Positions 47,851 to 56,432 of a stretch of 64,000 nt of DNA are shown here, in pieces. Numbering within the stretch: the first letter of the stretch is position 1; each line of letters opens with the position of its first letter. The notes under the pieces were generated by a model, which did not search any database, was not told the DNA's origin, and saw nothing but the letters and a program-made list of their open reading frames with translations. A program made the translations under genes and the position numbers. Source of the DNA: Minisyncoccota bacterium (GTDB lineage Bacteria; Patescibacteriota; Minisyncoccia; Phycocordibacterales; UBA5272); contig JBAZJW010000001.1 in assembly GCA_041651055.1 (NCBI GenBank), forward strand, positions 472,506 to 536,505, in the 5' to 3' direction.

Positions 47851-48738
47851 CTACTCAGGTTGTGCTTGAGACTCTGCTTGTTTCTTAGCTACAGTCTTGT
47901 CGACAACCTCAAGTAAATGACTGAGCATTATTATTCTTGAGGCTGCTTCATGTGGTGGCAACTGATCTACGTTACCGTGACCAACAATGTTCTTACACCA
48001 TTGCATTGCACCCATAGCAACTAGCATAAATCCCTCTTTCTCATCCATTGGATTTGCAATCGCACTTCCATGGTATCGAGAGACATCTATTAGTGGGGTA
48101 TCTTTGTTGAATACTTGTGCCATAAGGTTACGTCCGAATTGACCATGTACCCCTGACCACCTCATGATTTCTGTTTCTGTAATTTCTCCAGCTTTCCTCA
48201 CTGACTCATTCATGTAGCCATCCTTGAATAAAGGGATAACATCAGACAATAATGTCTTATGCAGCCCGATGCCTTGTAGTGATTGAAGGATCACTGGGTT
48301 CGGAGGTGTTATCGCTGGACGTGTAATAGGTAATTCAAGTTCATCTATTTCCTTTCTCAGATCAATGCCGAACTCCAGGAGCTTCTCTTTGAACAAATCT
48401 GCTTCTGGTCTTAACCAAGGATTACCCTGTGAACGACATCTTATGATGCAATCTGCAAGAATGTCATTTATCAAACGCTTCAACGTTTTCGGATGTGCTT
48501 TATGTACAGCAGAAATGAAGTGAGTGAATTGCTTCTTTTTGCTCTGTCCTTCAAGGAAGTACTTCGATAGACCTTTGTTTTTTGCAATCTTCTGTAAACA
48601 AAACGGGCTACGAGACGTTGCAGGGAGTAATTTACCCAACATTTCTGCAAGATCTTGGATCACTTGCTGTTGTCTGGGCGAATAGCGTTTCCTTGATGGA
48701 ACTGCTTTTCTTTTCGCCTTTTTAATGACTTTCTTCAT
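47851..48738 (-). CDS. TIGR02391 (Ymh)-like protein with an N-terminal helical domain
   Basis: LH......LF.DG...ESV..A, G..G..LM..VF, EKEGF....GA...KNIVGH and A...I...S.LL. Confidence 0.75.
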   Translation of the reverse strand: MKKVIKKAKRKAVPSRKRYSPRQQQVIQDLAEMLGKLLPATSRSPFCLQKIAKNKGLSKYFLEGQSKKKQFTHFISAVHKAHPKTLKRLINDILADCIIRCRSQGNPWLRPEADLFKEKLLEFGIDLRKEIDELELPITRPAITPPNPVILQSLQGIGLHKTLLSDVIPLFKDGYMNESVRKAGEITETEIMRWSGVHGQFGRNLMAQVFNKDTPLIDVSRYHGSAIANPMDEKEGFMLVAMGAMQWCKNIVGHGNVDQLPPHEAASRIIMLSHLLEVVDKTVAKKQAESQAQPE

Positions 48739-48750
48739 AGGAAGAATTTA

Positions 48751-49536
48751 TTACTCTTCCGAAACATTAACTTCAGGCACCATCTCTTTGAGGTGTGCAT
48801 TAGAAAATGCTGTTAGCGCAGTACGGGCATCTTTCAAATCCCCATCAGCGATAGCATTCGATGTTGCTTCATTGCGTGGAATAATGAGCTTAATTCCGCC
48901 TTTGAAATTGAAAACGAAACTGTCGGTCTCTTCTGCTCTGACAGTGTTTGAAAGTGAGGGTGCTTTTTCTGTAACCTTATTTGGTGTTACAGTAGTCTCA
49001 GTTGGAATTACTTCACTTGCTCCTTGTAACTCTGATAAAACCAATATTTCGTTCTGCATCATTCCAGAGTATTCTGCTGATCTTACGAAATTTCTTGCTG
49101 CAGTATCTTTCGCCGCCGCTTCAATACCGTAGTCGTGTACTAAAAGGTTACCGAGTGTCTGAACTTCTGGCAACTTCTTACCTTTGAAGACCTCAACTAA
49201 TTCTCCATAGAGTTGAGGGGCAACGAACGCTTTACGTATCGCTTGAACTTTCGATGGTTCATCTCGCGGAAACGCTATCTCTTTTCCTAGTGGAGAAAGA
49301 GATAGTTTGCCGCTTTCCTGATTTATTAGGCCGAACTGTTTAGCAGAGCTCACACGACCGATAAAAGTCGAGTTGTTTACTGCCTTACCCATATGTGCGG
49401 CGACAGCATCACCAGATACTCTATTTCCACCCAGAGTATTTACGATACCGATAAACGTGATAACTTCCTCAAGGTCATAGCGGGGGTATAACCTACTTCT
49501 TGCCTTTGTTTCCTTTTCTTTTGGTGTATTTTCCAT
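48751..49536 (-). CDS. Winged-helix protein (DUF5343-like)
   Basis: YPRYDLEE...VAAHMG...VSSAKQFGLI...LSPLG wHTH pattern. Confidence 0.6.
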   Translation of the reverse strand: MENTPKEKETKARSRLYPRYDLEEVITFIGIVNTLGGNRVSGDAVAAHMGKAVNNSTFIGRVSSAKQFGLINQESGKLSLSPLGKEIAFPRDEPSKVQAIRKAFVAPQLYGELVEVFKGKKLPEVQTLGNLLVHDYGIEAAAKDTAARNFVRSAEYSGMMQNEILVLSELQGASEVIPTETTVTPNKVTEKAPSLSNTVRAEETDSFVFNFKGGIKLIIPRNEATSNAIADGDLKDARTALTAFSNAHLKEMVPEVNVSEE

Positions 49537-49772
49537 ATAAATTAACTTTTAGTGTGATTAACGGAGTTTGTGCCTCCTGTTTGATATCGTACCAAATAAA
49601 TGGAAGTAAAGTCAAGTGTTTGTGCAAGAACTTCTACCTGTTTTATAAATCCCTTATTTATCAAGCACTTATGTATAGTTATCCACATAGAAAGCAGTGA
49701 TTAGGAGTGGAATACAAAACCGTATATTACCTACTTGACTAGTCCAGGGCCCTGCGTCATTCATTGGTGTAT

Positions 49773-51098
49773 ATGAGCAATACAGTACAGACACCATTTG
49801 GGACACCAAATAAGGAGGTTCTAGAACCCTTGAGGCTAAAATACTGCCTTTACGCACGCAAAAGCACCGAAGCCGAGGAAAGGCAGATGCTTTCGATAGA
49901 TTCACAAATAAAAGAGATGTTACTACTGGCTGAACGTGAAGGACTGGAGATAGTAGCCATGAAGCGAGAATCTCACTCCGCCAAGGAAACAGGACAACGA
50001 CCAGTGTTTAATGAAATCATCAACGAGATTAAAGAAGGTAAATATAATGGCATTCTTACATGGGCGCCTGATCGAATTTCCCGTAACGCAGGAGACTTAG
50101 GGAAAGTCGTAGACCTTATGGACAGAGGAACACTGAAAGAAATACGCACCTACGGGCAAAGCTTCAGTAATTCACCGAATGAAAAGTTCCTTCTCATGAT
50201 ACTCGGTTCTCAGGCAAAGCTTGAAAACGATAACCGAGGCATTAATGTGAAGCGTGGATTGCGCATGAGGGCAGAGATGGGGTTATGGTGTGGCAAGGCA
50301 CCGCTCGGCTACCTCAATCAGAAAGATATGGATAAGAAGTGTCAGGTATTAGTAGACCCACTACGCGCACCAATCATTAAGAAAATGCACGAGAGAGTTG
50401 CGTACGAAAAGTGGAGTGGAAGGAAGTTGTACAACTGGTTGCGATTTGAATGTAATTTCTACACAAGAGGAAACAAACCACTCACACTTGCAGGTGTATA
50501 CAGAACACTAGAAAATCCTTTTTACTACGGGGTGTTCGAGAGACCAAAAGGAAGTGGTGAATGGCATCAAGGAAAGCATCAACCCATCATTGACCAAGAG
50601 CTCTTTGAGAAAGCGAGAGCACAACTGAAACGTGACCAGATAGTTCGTGAGAGTAAAGAATTTGCATTCACTAAGATGTTTACCTGTGGTTACTGTAGTA
50701 GTGGCATCTCAGCAGAAGAGAAGTGGAAAGAGTTGAAAGGTGGAGGAGCAAACAGATACATCTACTATAGTTGTTCTCGGGCGAGAGATAGAAATTGTAA
50801 GAATAAGTATATTCGTGAAGAAGACTTGATACTGGAATTGTTAAAAATACTGGATGAGCTAGATATCAATGAACTTGGTATGAGACAGCGCCTCGAAGAA
50901 GAAATTGCCAGGTTCAATATATTTCAAAGGTCTGTACTTGGTGCAAAGGAAAAGTTGGAAACGAACAAGGAAACAGATATACGGAACTATGCGAAATATA
51001 TCCTTAAAGAAGGAACTACCGATGAAAAAAGACAGTTACTCGGTAATCTTAGAACAAGAATTATATATAAGGATAAAAAATTAGAGTTAACTAAATAA
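49773..51098 (+). CDS. Large serine recombinase
   Basis: YARKS, SIDSQ, DRISRN, APLGY, NPFYYG, HQPII and Zn-ribbon CGYC...YYSC...C. Confidence 0.95.
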   Translation: MSNTVQTPFGTPNKEVLEPLRLKYCLYARKSTEAEERQMLSIDSQIKEMLLLAEREGLEIVAMKRESHSAKETGQRPVFNEIINEIKEGKYNGILTWAPDRISRNAGDLGKVVDLMDRGTLKEIRTYGQSFSNSPNEKFLLMILGSQAKLENDNRGINVKRGLRMRAEMGLWCGKAPLGYLNQKDMDKKCQVLVDPLRAPIIKKMHERVAYEKWSGRKLYNWLRFECNFYTRGNKPLTLAGVYRTLENPFYYGVFERPKGSGEWHQGKHQPIIDQELFEKARAQLKRDQIVRESKEFAFTKMFTCGYCSSGISAEEKWKELKGGGANRYIYYSCSRARDRNCKNKYIREEDLILELLKILDELDINELGMRQRLEEEIARFNIFQRSVLGAKEKLETNKETDIRNYAKYILKEGTTDEKRQLLGNLRTRIIYKDKKLELTK

Positions 51099-51127
51099 TC
51101 ATCTTTATTTTTTGTTATAATCTAGTC

Positions 51128-52198
51128 ATGAGCCAAGTATTCATTGCTTTTTATGGACACCCTGAACCTGTTATGAAACAGGAAGAGAATATTTATGTGA
51201 CTGCTGAAAATTTTGAATGCTGGAATTTACGGAATTTCTCTGCAGAAGAGTTTATGAATACTATAAAAACTAAGATACCTCCTATTAATGATAATGTGCT
51301 AATAAATTATCTGAATGAAGGAGCGGGTTCGGGTGGTATAAGTAAAGAACAGTATGGTGACTGTCTCTGGGGGTTATTGTTACCTGATCCAGAAAGAAAT
51401 TTTAGTAACTCGAAAGAAGTAAACTCTCTCCTGAATCTGTTTTCAACTAAGTATATGAGTCCCGCTTTCTTTGTTACAGACATGGGAATACGAAAAGAGA
51501 ATAAGTTCATAGGAGTTGACGTCGAACCGAATGATCATCAAAGGTACGAGGATTTTAAAACGACTGATTTTGTTTCTTTCTATAATACTATGATTGACCA
51601 GATGAAGTATTTCACCTGGAGAAGAGATACTGCTACGACTTGGACGGAAGAAGATTGGAGATTATTTATGGCAGCTGGTTTTTATGAGGGATTAGAAGAA
51701 TACAGTAAAGGCAAGACGTCTTACACATGGCAGAGAGAGTCCGCAGATATGGCGACTTTGTTAGAAACATTATTTACAGCTGGTGACTCTCAAAACGAAG
51801 AAATTGGATATAGGCTAAGAAAAAGAGTTGGATCATTGATAAAGTGGAAATTCAACGATATCGAAAAAGAAATAAAGGTTCTATATAAAGACCGCAGTGA
51901 TTTTGTTCATGGTAATTATTACACCAGGATTATTAGAGAGATGAGAGGTAACCAAAATGATAACGCAATGCTACCTCCACCAGATTTCGAGAAACTCTAT
52001 ACCACGAAAGAACGCATAAGATTTATCTTTGTTGCATACTTATATTTACATAAAACGATGATGTCTCGTTCTGAACAATCTTTTGCTACATATACTAGCG
52101 TTCAACAAATGCTGGAGGATGCTGTTTTAGATACAGAATTAAGATTAAAGATAATTGAAACTATCGAACCCGTAATAGATTTATTGCCTGAAGCTTAA
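51128..52198 (+). CDS. HEPN-domain protein (ApeA-like)
   Basis: LETLF...EIGYRLRKR and LYKDRSDFVHG (RxxxxH). Confidence 0.8.
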   Translation: MSQVFIAFYGHPEPVMKQEENIYVTAENFECWNLRNFSAEEFMNTIKTKIPPINDNVLINYLNEGAGSGGISKEQYGDCLWGLLLPDPERNFSNSKEVNSLLNLFSTKYMSPAFFVTDMGIRKENKFIGVDVEPNDHQRYEDFKTTDFVSFYNTMIDQMKYFTWRRDTATTWTEEDWRLFMAAGFYEGLEEYSKGKTSYTWQRESADMATLLETLFTAGDSQNEEIGYRLRKRVGSLIKWKFNDIEKEIKVLYKDRSDFVHGNYYTRIIREMRGNQNDNAMLPPPDFEKLYTTKERIRFIFVAYLYLHKTMMSRSEQSFATYTSVQQMLEDAVLDTELRLKIIETIEPVIDLLPEA

Positions 52199-52626
52199 GA
52201 AAAGATACCAAGAGCATGACCATGGTTTATATTAAAACTTATCTCTCCTAATAAAATGACTCCCTCAGGGGTCTTAATATTCAAAAGATATATTCTCTTT
52301 GATTCCGAAATTCTTTTTGGGTGATGACCAGAGTATCCTTTTTGTTCTGACTTAAAAAGAGTGCTTATATTTTTATCCACATTGCTAATGTCAACATCCA
52401 AGGTTCCATAGTTCTGATCCCAACGTGCAGTAAAAAATGGCAGCATACCATCAAGTGGTTCAACCTTAAAAAGTACCAGTAATCCAGTATCTGATAATTT
52501 TTGAGATTCGTCTATTTTAAAAAGATAGTTTGAGCTAATAAATTCTTCCTTGAATTCAAGGTTTGACACCTTGTCGACCCTGAAGACATTCACTCCATCT
52601 TTTTTGAAGACATTGTCTTTTTGCAT
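52195..52626 (-). CDS. Hypothetical protein
   Basis: 143-aa AT-rich ORF convergent with the HEPN gene. Confidence 0.55.
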   Translation of the reverse strand: MQKDNVFKKDGVNVFRVDKVSNLEFKEEFISSNYLFKIDESQKLSDTGLLVLFKVEPLDGMLPFFTARWDQNYGTLDVDISNVDKNISTLFKSEQKGYSGHHPKRISESKRIYLLNIKTPEGVILLGEISFNINHGHALGIFS

Positions 52627-52706
52627 GTTTTTTTAATTTTACCACCCCCAGTACAAAGTGACCCACTATAGGGATAGTGGGTCACTCCGATACTTAATTA
52701 TTTATG

Positions 52707-52794
52707 CGGAGGAGGTGAGATTCGAACTCACGGTCCGATTACTCAGACTTCTGTTTTCAAGACAGATGCGATAGACCAACTCTGCCACTCCTCC
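52707..52794 (-). tRNA. tRNA-Ser(TGA)
   Basis: GGAGGAG...CTCCTCC-G, anticodon arm TCTGT-CTTGAAA-ACAGA, long variable arm. Confidence 0.95.
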
Positions 52795-53051
52795 CTGTTT
52801 ACCAATTGTTTTACCAATTGTTGCAATACTATACCACGTTTTATCAATTTTTGAAATACTTGAAAATGTCTACAAATGATGTTCCTCGTAGTGACAATTC
52901 GGGCAAATTAATTCCAAGTTTTCTAAACTGTTGTCGCTTCTGTTTCTGTTTTTATGATGAATTTGTAGTATTCCGCTTTTGTCATAACTACACCAGCAAA
53001 CTAGTCGACACAAGGATCTTTCTTGTCTTAAGCAAAGAACCGGCCCACCTC

Positions 53052-53984
53052 TTACTTTGTAACATCTACTTTCTTTACTTTCTCAAGCTGTTCTGATGTC
53101 GTTTTTGAAACAATCTTAAGTAGAGAAAAATCTGTACTGTCATCAAAATACTTACCCAAATCATTTACGCTATCTATTTTTTTACCTATACACACCCTTT
53201 TTTCTTCCACGGTATCGAGTATCAATCGATCGTTAAAGATAGTATATGTTTCAACCGAATTACAAGGATACAGCCCAAACGGCCTCATGCCATAAACCTT
53301 AATCTGATCAGTCTCTTTATCATATATAGCATTGGTAATATCTTTCTGAACATGTGCTTCGGAATCAAGATATGGAAGTGGTTCTACTATAACACTTGAA
53401 TCTCCCATAAAAGTAGCCATGTATGTTGTGCTAAATATATTATATACACCTGAGTTCACCATATCACTCAGAATAAAAAGAACTGAGCCATCTTTTCTGT
53501 AATAACTATCAATACGAAATGGATCGAATCCATCCCACGATTCAAAAGCATCTATAATACTTGCGCCAGGCATGTCTGTCGGCAACTCTCCAAAGCGGTT
53601 TCCAAGCTTAAGAAAAACATAGTCATCAAAGATGGACTTCCATGTCGCCTCGTTGCTTTTATTTGTGCGACTTTGTGTTAGATAGTTCTCGACATCCTTA
53701 TGATTGTTATCCATGAGCTTCCACCTGCGTATTCGAAGATCTTTTACAGCCTTATCATCTGAGGTTTCTTGAGATTGACGTGTGTTTATTTCTTTGGTGA
53801 CTGCCTCTATCTCTGAAATAAAAGGTGATTCGACTAATGTTTCATTGTTAGTTTTTTTACCAAGAAAAAACCATATGTTTTTATTACTATTTTTATTTTT
53901 TAAAACTAAAAAAACTGAGACAATAACAAGTAAAACAAAAAGGAGAATTAAGCTAATTATTTTTTTATGAGAAAAGTTTTTCAT
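53052..53984 (-). CDS. Hypothetical membrane-anchored protein
   Basis: N-terminal TM; TATACT 6 nt before ATG. Confidence 0.7.
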   Translation of the reverse strand: MKNFSHKKIISLILLFVLLVIVSVFLVLKNKNSNKNIWFFLGKKTNNETLVESPFISEIEAVTKEINTRQSQETSDDKAVKDLRIRRWKLMDNNHKDVENYLTQSRTNKSNEATWKSIFDDYVFLKLGNRFGELPTDMPGASIIDAFESWDGFDPFRIDSYYRKDGSVLFILSDMVNSGVYNIFSTTYMATFMGDSSVIVEPLPYLDSEAHVQKDITNAIYDKETDQIKVYGMRPFGLYPCNSVETYTIFNDRLILDTVEEKRVCIGKKIDSVNDLGKYFDDSTDFSLLKIVSKTTSEQLEKVKKVDVTK

Positions 53985-54145
53985 AGGTAAAGTATACCCT
54001 AAATAATCGGCATTAGGTTGTCGGGCCGTAGCGATCGTCCTATATAGGAGTGCTCCTGTCTCTAAAAAAGAAGAACAAACAAAAACATCGAAGGTGAACC
54101 TTCGATGTTTTTGTTGAAAAAATTATGTTACAACCTGACGTCTTT

Positions 54146-54829
54146 TTATTTAAGACCGTGCCCCATAGACCATGCAGGAAGTGTTATTCCGGCATTCGTA
54201 AGAAGCGTCTTGGCTTCTGTTTGCTTGCCAGCTTCCATAAGTATATGAGCCTGCTTCATGACTTCTTTCTGTGCATCAGTAAGAGACGCAAAGAATGAAT
54301 TCATTTCGCCTGCGCCACGATGTCCTCCTGCTGGCATTTTGATTCCAGCTGCATCAAGCAATGCTTGTGCTTCTGTATTCTTTCCTGCCGCGAAGAGTGC
54401 TTTCGCTTGTGTCATTGTCGCCTTCTGTGCGTCAGTTAGATTTTGCATTTGCATCCCCATTCCCTTTTCTCCAGCCTGGTCACCGTGCATGCCTTTTTTA
54501 CCGAGCACTGGTGGTTTGATACCAGCTTCGTCGAGAAGTTTCTTGGCGCCTGCAATATCTCCATTTGCACGAAGTTTGTTAGCAGAAACCATAGCATTAA
54601 ACTGCGCTTCAGTAATTGTGTTTACACCCGCTTTACTATTTTTTGTTGCGGCAATGAATGCCTGGTAGTCACCATTGGTAACTGCCTGTTTAATAGCGGT
54701 ACGTGTTTGGTCACGAACATTTGATGGAGTTCCTGCTGGTAATGATGCGGCACTTACGGACGCAAATGCGCCGAGTGCCCCTATTCCTGCCAATGAGAAG
54801 GCGAGGAACTGTTTGCGTTTTGAATTCAT
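54146..54829 (-). CDS. Secreted helical-repeat protein (Spy/CpxP-like character)
   Basis: Signal peptide; three repeats of the type LTDAQK...A..L..AG...EA..LL..AGI, with Gly/Met/His linkers. Confidence 0.75.
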   Translation of the reverse strand: MNSKRKQFLAFSLAGIGALGAFASVSAASLPAGTPSNVRDQTRTAIKQAVTNGDYQAFIAATKNSKAGVNTITEAQFNAMVSANKLRANGDIAGAKKLLDEAGIKPPVLGKKGMHGDQAGEKGMGMQMQNLTDAQKATMTQAKALFAAGKNTEAQALLDAAGIKMPAGGHRGAGEMNSFFASLTDAQKEVMKQAHILMEAGKQTEAKTLLTNAGITLPAWSMGHGLK

Positions 54830-54906
54830 AAGAATTGTAGTGTTTAGAAATTAAAGTAATTTGTTGGTGTATCTATGTGACGTCATTGTGCAACCAACAC
54901 TCTTTA

Positions 54907-55722
54907 CTACGCTCCCACATTTACTTTTCTTTCACCTCCTCGCATATGATTTTTCATATCATCGAGCAAGGTTGTACAATCAGGATTTTTGTTCTGCAAT
55001 GATGGCAACAACAACATCTGCTTGCGCATTGGAGGAGCTGCGCGCGGAAATGCACCAATATCCCAAGGGAATACCATGCATGCCACGAACACACGCTCGC
55101 CCGTTGTCGTTCCTATAATTCTTATACTTTTTCCCTCTTCAACAAAAGGAAATGTTGTCGTTCCAAAACCAGAAAAATCAATAACCCAGACCACGTCATC
55201 TTTGTCACGAAGAACAACCCTCGAGTCCTCTTTCTTTTCTACATAACCTGCAAGTCTTCCTTCTGAAAGAGAAGACCACACGCGCTGCTCTCGCTCGTGC
55301 ACCGGATAACGAATCACACTATCCACCTCAAAAGAGTCATCTATTTTGTAAATAATAATTCCAAGAACCACACTTGTCGTAACGCTTCCAAGTAAAATCC
55401 AATGTAATGAATATCTATATCCAAAATGTGTCGTGCGTAATGCCTTCACAATAAACCCACCGAATAACGCAAAGGAGAGAACCCATATAAATGGAATATT
55501 TGCGGTAATAAAATCAAACTGTGAAGCATAGACAAACTCCTGATATTCCCAGCCAGTGTGCATGCTTGCAAAGAGCCCTCCTGCAACAGCGACAGCACCG
55601 AGCAATGTCACCGCAATTCCTGGAATCCAAAGAGCCGCATGTTCCACAACAAAATACCACTTTGCTTTTGGTTTAATATTTTCTTTATGTATCTTTGTGA
55701 GAATTGTTTCTGATGTTGTCAT
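54907..55722 (-). CDS. Membrane protein, probable anti-sigma factor
   Basis: Overlaps the ECF stop codon; three TM segments and an external beta domain. Confidence 0.65.
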   Translation of the reverse strand: MTTSETILTKIHKENIKPKAKWYFVVEHAALWIPGIAVTLLGAVAVAGGLFASMHTGWEYQEFVYASQFDFITANIPFIWVLSFALFGGFIVKALRTTHFGYRYSLHWILLGSVTTSVVLGIIIYKIDDSFEVDSVIRYPVHEREQRVWSSLSEGRLAGYVEKKEDSRVVLRDKDDVVWVIDFSGFGTTTFPFVEEGKSIRIIGTTTGERVFVACMVFPWDIGAFPRAAPPMRKQMLLLPSLQNKNPDCTTLLDDMKNHMRGGERKVNVGA

Positions 55723-56306
55723 GGTGTTTTTTTATCTGCGTCTACGTATCCTTTCAATGTGTCTTGAAGAATCTTTTTTGCTCGCGACAAACGTATCGCA
55801 ACGGTCCCTGGAGGGATTTGTAAAATGTCCGAGATCTCTTCATAACTCTTGTCTTCAAAAAAACGTAGGAAAATAATTTCCTGATATTTCGGGTCAAGTT
55901 TTTTTATGATGTCTCCGATTTCCTTTTTTGTTTCTGTTTGTATCGCTTCTTTTTCTATATTAATATCTCCAGCAATAGAAGCGAAAATATCTTCATCATC
56001 GGCAGACGAAACAAATTGTGGATTTCTTTTTTGTTTACGATACCAATCAATGAGCTCGTTGTGCGTGATGCGATATGCCCATGATGAGAAGCTGAGCGTC
56101 GTATCGAAGTCGTTAATGTTCCGGTACATCTTTATGAAACTACTCTGTACAATATCTTCTGCGTCTTCTTTTGTGGCCTTGGAGCGACGCATCACGTATC
56201 GAAGAAGCACAGTTTCGTAACGTTTAATAAGTTCGCCAAAATAGGCAGTGTCAGAAACACTAAGCTTTACAAGCTCTTCATCTGTACAGTTTGTGATATT
56301 GTGCAC
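55719..56306 (-). CDS. ECF RNA polymerase sigma factor
   Basis: DAEDIVQ, FSSWAYRITHN..IDWYRK and SYEEIS.IL.IP.GTV..RLSRAK; GTG start inferred. Confidence 0.92.
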   Translation of the reverse strand: MHNITNCTDEELVKLSVSDTAYFGELIKRYETVLLRYVMRRSKATKEDAEDIVQSSFIKMYRNINDFDTTLSFSSWAYRITHNELIDWYRKQKRNPQFVSSADDEDIFASIAGDINIEKEAIQTETKKEIGDIIKKLDPKYQEIIFLRFFEDKSYEEISDILQIPPGTVAIRLSRAKKILQDTLKGYVDADKKTP

Positions 56307-56432
56307 AATATAGAGTATATACGAAGATGGGGAGTAAATTCTTTCAAACACCTTCTTCTTCGATTTTTTAACACAGAGAAAAAAGAAAAGCCCTGTCTCA
56401 ATATACGAGACAGGGCGCTTGAAACAAGGTCG

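Larger units (their letters stand above)
40887..52704. mobile_element. Integrative island at tRNA-Ser(TGA) encoding a large serine recombinase
   Basis: Bounded by tRNA-Ser and its displaced linked element; carries recombinase, methylase, immunity and defence-like genes; exact ends are inferred. Confidence 0.7.

Noticed and set aside
49679-49687. DnaA box TTATCCACA as a replication origin
   Set aside because: Single box inside an island, with no cluster or dnaA context.
54009-54060. GC-rich intergenic stretch as SRP RNA or riboswitch
   Set aside because: It lacks the SRP GGAA/AGCAG motif and matches no riboswitch consensus I can recognise.
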